Origin: Marsupella aquatica
Lineage: Eukaryota; Plantae; Marchantiophyta
Assembly: GCA_973895155.1 (NCBI GenBank)
Contig: OZ316893.1
Coordinates: 13,966,359-14,030,358, forward strand
DNA length: 64,000 bases
Direction: 5' to 3'
Shown: positions 48,172 to 58,805 of the stretch, one piece after another
How positions within the stretch are numbered: position 1 is the first letter of the stretch
How the letters are laid out: each line of letters begins with the position of its first letter
The notes under the pieces: generated by a model
Seen by the model: the letters and a program-made list of their open reading frames with translations, nothing else
Database searches by the model: none
What the model was told of the DNA's origin: nothing
Position numbers and translations under genes: made by a program

Positions 48172-49857
48172 GGGAAAATGCTGGGAAAAAGCTGGGATAA
48201 AGGGTGGGGGCAAAGGAAACGAAAATAAATGAACGGAACAATGAGAAAAGAGTACAAGAACAACACCGGAAAGCTCGAGCAAAACAAAAACATAAATGAA
48301 GGAACAAGGGATGGATGTCCAAGGCAAAGAACCTCAACCCGGTAGTGGCAAGCCGCGCCGAACACAGAAACCTGGTAACCCGAAGGAACGCCTCCAATGA
48401 CCGAACAAAAAAACCCCGCAGGCACGGAGCCAGAGTGCGAACGGGTACCGCCTATGGTGGGGGCCCAGCCCCACCAACCAAACCAGGTCCGGGGCCGCCA
48501 AGCACAAATCCGCCAAGGAAAACCGGGCCGCCAAGAAACCCAACCCAACTGGGGCCGCCAAGAAACCAATAGTGACTTCAACATGTACTTCAGTCTGACA
48601 CTTTCCTTGGTTTTCCGTCGTGAACACAGATTGCTCCTCAATTGCGCCCATGACTCCTCGTTCCTGACTTTGCTGTCAATGGCTTTAGACGACCCTTGTG
48701 AGTAGGGACAAGCATTAGGTCGGGTATAAGGAGCCGTTAATATGGTTGTGTGTCTACGAACTGTTGTAATTTACGCTAACACCCTCCAAAATCGCTGACA
48801 GAATGAGTGAACCTTTGGCATCAGGGTTTTCACTGTGGCCAAAACTAGTTCGATTCCAACTCTCTGAATTGAAATGTGTTTGACGCTTTTGGCCAAAATT
48901 GGCTACATTTTTTGTCTTGCCTTAGCCAGTTGCACACCTAACCGCAGACCCATTAGCCCGACTGTAAGGTTATCCTTAAATCTAGCTATATGACTCAGAA
49001 GTTGATCTAATCTGGGGAAATCTAATTTTAGCTATCTGATTCAGATATTAGTCTAATCTATGAAGATCTCAAATAAAACTAGTAAAATTATATAAAAAAA
49101 AATCGTGGCATCGTCTCGTTCGGACATTCGAGCACCCCGGCGAAATAGACAATACCTTAAAAATTACGCTGATTGGTATATTTCACTACTGTCCTGTCCG
49201 TCGAAAATGCACTCGGTATCCATGACCGTCAATATTGCTAGATCAGCTAATCAGCTCCATCAAATGCCGTCTTGCGCGCCACTCGCACACTGTCACACAG
49301 TGCCTTTATTGCTTTTCCACAACCCGATCAGTCAGGCAGTTATCTGGAGAAGTGATCCGAATCTTACCTGACAAGTCTAAGGTTCTCGGCACTCTCCTCC
49401 GGCCGCTGAAAGTGATGTCTCGACATCCTGAGCAAGCCACTGCTGTAGCTTCCAGGATACTTTGCTTGGGTGAGTAGTGAGTACTTCGCATGGAATAGCT
49501 ACAAACAATAGATAGGTGCATCAGGGCAGCTGGACTCATGATGGTCGGTTAGTATGCACAGAAATTTGCTGTGGACTACATTTTTTCTTCTGCCCACCAC
49601 AGCTGGGTTCGATTAGACTTTGACTTTAGAAACCAAGACCCCATTTGTAGCCCATGCACCGTACTCATCTACTGTAGTCTGGAAATGCTCTCGGCTTCAG
49701 AGCAGGTTTTAGAGCAACTCCAACTACTGTAGTTGGACCCCAGTAAAGAAAATCTAAAAAGGCAGGTTCAACTCACTCCCTGTTTTGCTACTGCTTGCTA
49801 CTGCTACCGTGGGTTTTGCTACTGTGGGTTTTGAATAGGATAATGTCCTGATTAGAG

Positions 49858-49931
49858 GGCATTATGAGATATAATGCCCTGAAAAACGAGGGAGGCAGCC
49901 CAAGTTTTGAGGGTATTATTCTCATAATGCC
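49858..49931. repeat. Short inverted repeat (~27-bp arms, 19-nt loop)
   Basis: GGCATTATGAGATATAATGCCCTGAAAA versus reverse complement GGCATTATGAGAATAATACCCTCAAAA. Confidence 0.8.
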
Positions 49932-51377
49932 AGTACCTAGGACTTTAATGTGCGCTTTCACTAGGGAGGCCGGGTCTTACTCCAACCTGTTCACATCTTC
50001 GTCGGGACAAACCAGCAAAACTCTGGCATCTACTCAAGGCTATTATCTGCTGGCATATTTGGAAGGATCAGTGTAAAAATTTCTTTGAACACACTAGACC
50101 CAATCCTCACGGTGTCATTCAGAAGGCTTGGCACCGCCTCAGCATCTACCTCAAGCGCGACTGGGCCAAACACCGGACCAACATTCGGATTGGGCAGATC
50201 ACCTTTGCCGAAGTACACCACGACATGTCCAGGGCTTATGGTACTTGGATTGGTCTGTGGCACATTCATGAAGACATACTTCAAGTTCAGCCAGTCCTGC
50301 CACATCCACCATGAGCTTTTTAGTTTTACGGGTTTTGAGGCTGCACTACTGGTAGACTTAGTTTTTCTAGTGCGGACCCACTGTTCAGGATCTCGCCTGT
50401 CCCTGCTCACTGGCCAGTCTTAGGAGTGTGCTGCTCCTGTTGTAGTTTCCAAATCTCTTGTTTGGCTGCCTCTTCGGAGGCTCAACTTCTTACCTGGTTA
50501 CGGCTCCACTGGCCACGGCCCTTTGACTTTTGGTCCCCCACGGGTGGTAGCCCTTTTGGGCCCCCCTCTTTGTATTCTGACTTTTTGAATGGATTTCACT
50601 GAGTTTTTCAAGGCAAAGTTGGGGCTAGTTTTCAGTTGGCTCCTAAAGATACATACACTGAACTTAATATAGGATTCTTATGGGCTACTTTTTAGTTGGC
50701 CCCTAAAGATACATACAGTGAAATTAATATAGGACGCTGTCACAAAACCCCTTTGGATTAGAGATGGATTCAAGTATGACTAGGGATGGACTATATAGCA
50801 TGTTCATCTTGGAACATGCTTCATTTTTTGTTTTTTAGTAAAATGCAGGTTATTTAATTTTTTGGTGGCAAATATAAACAGTCTATGATATTGAAAAGTT
50901 GTGCACAAATAGGTACAAGAATAAAAGTACACATGTAAAGAAATTATGTAATAATGAAGGTTTAAGTCTATGGTATTGGGCTGTGCACACACAAGTAGAA
51001 ATATTTATGTACTTACCTTAGGTAATGACACTCAAATTAATTAAAACCATAAATTTAGGGCACAAAACCATAGAACTTAAAGATACAAGGAGTGCACTTT
51101 ACTTAGATCATTTCTTCTTTACTCATGAGAATAAAGGCTACAAATTGCGTGACCTTTGTTAAAAGGTGGATGATCTTAAATGTAGCAAAGATTAAATAAT
51201 TTAGAGGGGTGCCAGAATAAATTCAAAATCTAAACTATACAAGGGATGCACCTTGGTAAGACACATTCAATTAAAAATACATAAGAAAAGAAGTTTGAAT
51301 AATACTGGAAGGTGGATTCACTATATAGCATATTCAACTTGTTCAATGGAAGATACAGAGGAGTTCAATGGACGATA

Positions 51378-51569
51378 TAGAGGAGCATGTTCAACATGTT
51401 CAATGGACTATACAGAGGACTCGTTGGCTCTCCAGGCACAGATTTTTTGGTCCTTGAAATCTTCGCTGGATGATAGAGGAGCATGTTCAACATGTTCAAT
51501 GGACTATACAGAGGACTCGTTGGCTCTCCAGGCACAGATTTTTTGGTCCTTGAAATCTTCGCTGGATGA
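51378..51569. repeat. Perfect 96-bp tandem duplication upstream of the P450
   Basis: 51378-51473 equals 51474-51569. Confidence 0.95.
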
Positions 51570-52151
51570 ATCCGTGAACAGTGAGTAGTGAGTGTGCAGA
51601 TCAGGGTCAGGTAGCCCTTGTAGGTGGACAAAACCCATGATGGGACCCAGTGGTTTGGCCATTGGCGTGACAGGCGAAGCTTAATGTCGTCCGCTCACGT
51701 ACTTATAGGAACTGGCCTGGAGTCATCCTTGAGAAGTTCTGATCCCCTCAATTGAGCGCATCGATATCCTTTGGGGACATATTGGATTTCATGTCTCCCG
51801 GTTCGGCGTTTTCTGCCCTTTGGCACTGTGGATACATAATTTCTGAGAGTTGAGGCCTTCAATTGTATCTTGAGTCCAGATGGTCTCCAATGGGAGCGAT
51901 TGGACCGCAAGTCTGTTGTGGACAATTCTACCTGCCATATTTGTAAGTCCCCGCTCGGTCGGTGGATGATCGGGTTCCCATTAATGTGGGTTTCAGACTT
52001 AGCAAACAACACGTCGGGGAGGAGCTTGCCAGCTGACGAAGGTGCATGATAATGTGGGCTAGAATTGTCCCCGATGAACTCTAATCTGAGGTGAAATTAA
52101 AGTAGGAATCGTGGGTCTCGCTGGAGATTTGGAAGACGAAATCAGCGAAAG

Positions 52152-54605
52152 ATGTTTGTACTTCTGCGATCATGGACCGAGGCCGCTTTGCTTCTCCTGG
52201 CCGTAATTGTTTTTCTCAATATGTGGAGCAGGAGGTCACACGGACTTCATCTACCTCCCGGTCCGCGTCCATACCCTGTGATAGGAAATCTTCCTCAATT
52301 GAGTCATCACATTTACCGAGACTTTGAGAACCTGGGGAAGAAGTATGGGCCTCTCTTATACTTGAAAATGGGTGCTGTGCCGGTCGTTGCTGTGCAAAGC
52401 GCTGCACTTGCGAGGGAAATTACTAAAGTTCATGATTCAGTGTTTGCTTATCGTCCTCAAGATCTATCTGGTGCACAAATACTTCTGTTCGAGAACAGCG
52501 ATGTGGGTTTCGCACCCATTGGTCCCCATTGGCGCTACCTGCGGAAACTCTTAGCGACCGAACTTTTCCTCCCAAAGCGCCTCAATACTTTCAAGGTCAG
52601 TCGTCCTGCAGTCAACCATGCTTTGATACCTTCAATTTAGCTGCCTTGCAAGCTTGAGATTCTCCATTTTCTTGTTTCCATTTCTTTAGTCCCAAATTCA
52701 ATTCACACTCATACCGAGTTTGGTTGTAACTCATTCTTTCATGAAACTTTCAGTATATTGACCCCCATAATGAAGCAAGAAATGGCACCAAAAACAGCCA
52801 TTCTACAGTTAGGGACATCCAAGTTTCTAGCTCTACGATAAGTTTCTGTAGCTGAAACCAAAATAACCGACGTATTTACTACGTTTGGTCCCAAATATTA
52901 GCTTACTATTAATTTTTAGGGATTGTCTACACTCATTTTAGGATTCATCCGAAAGTTTGTCCGTTTCAAACGAGGTCTGTATATCACATCATCTTAAGCC
53001 TTTTCATTACCTCAGGTTTGAGATGATGTTGTATAGACTCGGTTTCCGTGTACATAATGCGGATCTAACTTCAATCTTGTAACAAGCAGGGGCAGAGACT
53101 GGAAGAGATCAAGGCAACGATGATTTCGATGATCGAAGGGTCTAAGCAAGGGGGGACTGTAAATGTGTTCGAGCATATGAACGCTCTGATGTACAACATC
53201 GTCACACGGATGGTGGCGGGGAAGACGTTTTACGGGTCCAAAGCAGTATCATCGAAAGAGATCGAGAGCTTTCGCACTCTGATGGTGGACTTTTTCGACC
53301 TTTTCAACGGGTTCAACATTGTGGATTGGTTCCCTTACATGCGGATGTTCGGGGACTTGCAAGGCACTCAGAAGAAAATGAAGAAAGTGGCCGTTCGTCT
53401 GGATACCTTCCTCCAGGGTTGTATTGATGAGCATCGAAACAAGGCACGCAACCACCACCAAACCGACGAAAGTCAGGTGGACCACGTTAAGGACTTCGTC
53501 GACTTGCTGCTTGAAGTCCCTGGTTCTGAAAATGGGGAACCGTTTGGAGATCGAAACGTGAAAATTATGCTGCAGGTGATGTAACTGGAACTTATCGCGG
53601 ACTGGATGGTCACTCAATTTCTCTGACTGATAAGATACAAATGGTGCAACTTTTATCAAATATGCAAGAAAAAAAAAGACGGAATCTGCTGAAGGGAAAA
53701 TAATGGATGTTTGTGTACAAGAATTTTCAAAATGCAGAAAGATTAACTCCCAGTATGAATGAAAGAAAGGCGGGAAAACTACTCCACTCGTGATGTCGAA
53801 TTACACTTACTAGTAAGAAAAAGGGATTGTTCAGAAGGCCTCTTGAGTGTGTACAACAATTTTGTGAAAAAGCCAGGACGAAAGAATTCCAACCGCTTGA
53901 ATGTAAAGAGTTCCAGTTTCTTAATACGTGAAGCGTGTTGGGAATTGAATATTACAGGCATCATTTATTGCGGGCACCGAAACATCGTCGTCGGCTCTGC
54001 AATGGGCCTTGGCAGAGCTCATCCGAAATCCGACTCTGATGAAGAAGCTGCAAGACGAAGTGGAGGGCGTTGTGGGGCGAGAGAGAATGGTCCAAGAAGA
54101 GGACTTGCCTCAGATGAAACTGTTGGATGCGGTGGTCAAGGAGACTTTCCGTCTGCATCCACCGGGCCCTTTCTTACTTCCCCGTCAACCCAATCAGAAC
54201 TGCAGGGTGGGAGGGTATGACATTCCTTCCAACGCGCGGGTGTTCGTGAGTATCTGGGCCATAGGGAGAGATCCGAATGTGTGGGAACGGCCTCTGGAGT
54301 TTCTTCCTGAGCGATTTCTGGACATCCCCAAAGACTACAACGGATCGTTTCATGAGTTTCTGCCTTTCGGCTCCGGTCGGAGAATCTGTCCAGGCATGAA
54401 CTTGGGTCTGCTGATTCTCCATTTGGAGCTGGCGCATCTCGTGCATCTTTGCGATTACTCTCTGGCTCCCGAACTGAGGCCCGAGGATATGGACATGTCG
54501 GAAGCGCCTGGCTTCAATGTCCCGAAACGTGTTCCTCTTCAGGTTATTGCCATTCCGCGCCTGGCTCCTGACTTCTACAAGACCCACCTCCACCGAGAAT
54601 CCTAG
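52152..54605 (+). CDS. Cytochrome P450, CYP71 clan (A-type); exons 52152-52595, 53090-53575, 53958-54605; 525 aa
   Basis: N-terminal anchor then LPPGPRPYPVIGNL; WRYLRK; I-helix AGTETS; ETFRLHPP; WAIGRDP; PERF; heme loop PFGSGRRICPG. Two phase-0 GT-AG introns give a continuous frame, the second just before the I-helix. Confidence 0.95.
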
Positions 54606-55540
54606 GAAATGGGAATCAGTGGCTCAGTTCAAGAGAATTCTCCGAAATGTACGTTGGGGGTCGTTTCGAAGACAATCGTGAAAAAGTAAAGAGATACCAA
54701 ACCAAAGCATGAGCTTACAGTGAACTCCTCAATGCCATGGCGATCACAGACCAACGATTCTTAGAGTAAGGCGTCACGATGAGACTCTCTGCAGATCACA
54801 GATGTTCTCAATTGGGTTCACGTTTAAATTTCTGTTAAGGAAGAAACAATGGCAAACTGGATGACAACAGCACCAGAGTTGACAAGGCTAGGCGTGTTGA
54901 GGACTGAGGAGACTTGGTAGTTGTAAGTGCTCCAATGCTTGAAAAGCATATATACTAGAGCTCTTGCATGTAGACACTTATTTACATTAGTATACATTAC
55001 TAAGGTCGTATGTTAAAGTACGTATTGAGTGGAAGTCTTGTTGACGATAAGTGAGGTGGTGAAGCCTTGCCAAGCTACAGGATTTCAAGGAGTGTGCAAA
55101 CAACATTTCAGGATTTCAAGGAGTGTGCATGCAAATTCCAGGAAAAGTTGGGGTTGGGTGCAGAAAAGGTGAATAAAAACACACTCAAACACAAGATATC
55201 TTCTTATCTACTCACTTTAATATACAGTCCCGCATTTTTGTACTCATTGTGTTTGAACTCATTATGACCCTTGGATTTAAAGCTTACATTTCCCTGCCAT
55301 CAGATCTGTGTAAAGAAAAATAAAAGAGTATGTACTAGCTTGAGTCACGGATGGACTTCCATCCACATCTTACTAGTAAAGCGCGAACTGAAGTCTACTG
55401 TTAACGACCTAGGGTCTAGAGTGAAGCCTCTAGACCGTAACTGTGGGGGCATAAGAAAATTGGGGGTGTGTAAAGTAAGGGTGAGTCACTTTACCAAGTG
55501 GAGAATGGGGAGCGGGTAATAGTAGGTTTAGAAGTCGAAG

Positions 55541-55702
55541 CTGCGCGGCGGCACTCAGGAACACAAGGGGATCTGCGGCGGCACTCAGGAACGCAAGGGG
55601 ATCTGCGGCGGAATGCAAGTTGATCGGGCGATGGCACATGGAAAAGCAGGGGATCTGCGTGGGAATGCAAGTGGATTGGGCGATGGCACATGGAAAAGCA
55701 GT
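55541..55702. repeat. GC-rich tandem repeats near the Helitron 5' end
   Basis: CTGCGGCGGCACTCAGGAAC(A/G)CAAGGGGAT x2-3, then GGAATGCAAGT.GAT.GGGCGATGGCACATGGAAAAGCAG x2. Confidence 0.85.
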
Positions 55703-58700
55703 GGGCTGCACGTGAACGCAAGGGAAGTCAAAGCTCAGTCTGATGATTAATTTGCCATTCGATTTTGCTTTGCCGTTCGTGTTTGCTTTGCCGTTCGTTT
55801 TTGATTTGCAGGATTGGACTGCCCATTGGAATTCATCGATGTTTGCAGATTTATTGGGAGCGGCATTTCCTCTCAACGAAAAGGCAAGGATATTAAGCTG
55901 CTGAAGACGTTGCGACTAGACAGTCGAAGCCCCCTCAAGACCAAGGTCAGAACTTCCTCGGTAAGCTGGATAGTCTTCTAGACATCTAACTTGAACTTCA
56001 GCCTAATTGTAAAGTCGTTTATTTAATTTGTGCAGGGCTGATGAACGGCGTGCTTTGAGCTTGGTTGACTGGTTGTTTTCCTGTCTGCTTTCACAGGATT
56101 TGAATTCACTGCAGGGATCCGGGAGGGACTCCATCTATTGGCCTCGGTATCTCCAAAGAGGCAGACTGGGATTTTGAGGCAGCACGTAAGGTGCATGAGC
56201 TTGGAGCTCTTCTTTCATTCAGAGCTAGGTGGAGCTCGATTCATATACACTTGCTTTCCTCGCATTAACTTCAGCTCTGGGCCGACGAGGGTCGACGATA
56301 GCCCCACAATCTCACACCATAGCGCACGATGGGGCTGTAGAAAGAGAGCTCCAAGTCTGCGATGCGCATCGCATGGGCGACGGGATTTTGGGGAGGAGGA
56401 TTAAATTGGATCTTGGATTAAACAATTTCCTTGAAATTGAACAGGGAGGAGGGTAGTGATGTGACGATCACTACGCGATCAATTTCACTCTCTTCATGGC
56501 CGCGGTGGTCGTTGGAATGCTCAATTTTAGGGTCCTCAAATCCTCGATTTTAGGGTCCTCAAATCCTCGATAGTGGTTGCTAACTCGGTGGATGCTTGGC
56601 AGCATACCGCAGTGAGTCCCCAATGAAGCCTTTAATGCCCGTGTTGGCATCGAGTGATCGAGGGAGTTGTGGGACCATCGACGAAGAGTTGGAAAAGGAG
56701 TTGGGAAAGGTGAGTGCCCTCTATATGAATGTTACCGGGTGATCTGAGTTTGTTCAAAGTTGCTTTCCACTCTGTCAAAGCAAAAAGGAGTCACAGCTCT
56801 TGCTTGAATTGAATTGAGCATCTTGATTTCCTGCTGTCTGCACAACAATCTCTCTCGCTGAGTTTCCCTCGCCTCCTGCTTCAGCTGTTGTCCATAAAGA
56901 GATCTGTTTATCGAGCTCTTGACTTGCATCGGGAGCATTCAACATTTCTATGAGCTCTTAATTTGCTAGCTCGCAGTTAGTTAGCAAGTGTTGATATCGG
57001 GGACATTGTGACAACCACCGAAAGGCTAATTGGTTTTAATCGTAGTTGCTCGCTTTGGTTCTGGACTCAAGGAGGTGAAGGCCGCGTGTTCAAGGGAGTT
57101 AGAACTGAGGAGAGGCTGGGCTCGGCTAGAAGTCGAGATTGCAGAGGCGGAGGATTGTTTAGGCTGGCAGTAAGGGTTGGTAGTAAGGTCGGGAGTAAGT
57201 TGATCTGAGTTTGTACTGAGTCTCTTTCCACTCCTGCCAACACAGAAAAGAGTCATGCAGCTCTTGCTTGAATTGGTTTGAATCGGTCCTTTCGAGGTAA
57301 TTGCCCTACATTGATCACGTTCATTGCAAACTATTGACGATGGACTCTTCAATTTACGATCTGTTGTAGGGATCCGAGAGGGACTCAGGAAGATTTGCTA
57401 CAGGGGTCCGGGAGGGACTCGAGATGGTACCGAGACGGCTCCAACTGCCATGATTGAGCCTGGCTGGGATTTGTTATAAGGCATTGGAGTTCTACAAACC
57501 CCAGACTGCAAGCATTCAAGTAGGTAGAGGGCGGGTAACAGGCAAGGCCCCGTAGTTGGGATTGAAGGTAACTCCCTTCTTCGCCATCAGTACCATTTGT
57601 TCTTAAATAATGTTTTCGATACAAAAGAAGAAATCAGGATTTATGGGCCCACGGTTGGCCGCGGTGTTCGATCACTTGAGCAGTAGTGCACACTCATTTT
57701 GACTATTGTTTACTGCGGCCGACTATTGTTTATCCAGCAAGCAAGACGAGCATCAGTTGAGGCGAGAGTGAGAGAGTGAGATAGTGACCTACAGATGATA
57801 GAGGCGCAATTCATCATTTCAACGCAAGGGAAGAGTGAGTGACAGATGATACAACAGTTGGTCGGTGCAAGAAATCGCCGACAGATTGAGATTTTACAAC
57901 ATCGACAAGCAAATGGAAGAGAAGGCAAGGGAACGCAAGGCAACGCGGGAGAGGGAGGGAACGGCGTCCACTCCCGCGTGCGCACCTCTGACCAGGGCAG
58001 AGGACGAGAGAAATAGAGACCGGAGAGAGCTCTGAGAGACACAGAGGAATTCCTGTCTATGCACTGAGTCTATGGGGAAAAGTTTTGCGAGATGCTGCAG
58101 CCAGCTTTTTTTCTCTTCTCCAGAACCGTTGAAGGAGTCCCTGCATTTTAAGTCCAAGATCGAGGAGGTTGGTGCGTGGGTTCATAGTGCTGGAGCTAAT
58201 GGGTGTCACTTTGTCTAGGAGAAAGGAGGTTGGTCCTGCCGTTCATGGTCGGGAGATAGCATAAATATCTGGTGAACTCTGGGAAGCAAGCTGGTACTAG
58301 CTCAATGGACTTTTGGTCGTTGCAGAGACACTGGCATCGGTGGTTGCAGCAATAGTAGAGTAAACAACACATTTAGAGGGCAGGCAGAAGAGTAGTCAAT
58401 GACAAGAGAGCAGTGAGATAAGCAATTTCGCTCCAGCCTTTTCTTTCATCCCTTTCACCAAGACAAAGTGAGATATGATGGTGAAGTGACCATCATAGCA
58501 TATCGAATTAGTGATAGAGTTTAGATTGCTAAAACTACCTATTTTGGTCCAAGATAGAGGCATCCAAGATAGAGGCATCTCAGATAAATGTTGGTCCGAG
58601 ATAGAGGTGTTTGAGATAGAAAATAGATAGAGGCATCTGAGATAGAAAATAGTTGAGTCATGCAAAACAGGGCTTTGTATGTGATGGTTGATCACAATCA

Positions 58701-58805
58701 TTTTTATGAATAAATTTGAGCAATCATTTATACTTGATACATTTTCTTATCCTTTATTTGTTCTCCTCTATTTTGTAGATATAAATGATCTAGATGTGTA
58801 CAACA

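Larger units (their letters stand above)
38494..48567 (-). mobile_element. CRE-clade (restriction-like endonuclease) non-LTR retrotransposon, decayed and split by the copia insertion; ~3.5 kb without the insert
   Basis: Single-ORF architecture: N-terminal CDACHSWYQPSGLTRHRRSC zinc finger; RT (GVRPLAIGE|VLYRL, HQFGVATPGGCE, VDVANAFNSVSR, GTRQGDPLG, VADN, GIRVLGVPFG); CVC...HILRC...THD knuckle; RLE core RRANLV...DVVVADP...K...Y...FYPFAVEVFG. Ends approximate; short (ATT)n at the 3' end. Confidence 0.85.

Noticed and set aside
4059-54605. GT92 plus P450 as a biosynthetic gene cluster
   Set aside because: They are 46 kb apart with mostly TE-derived and non-genic DNA between; GT92 enzymes act on Golgi glycans rather than small molecules; no scaffold-forming enzyme is present in the window.
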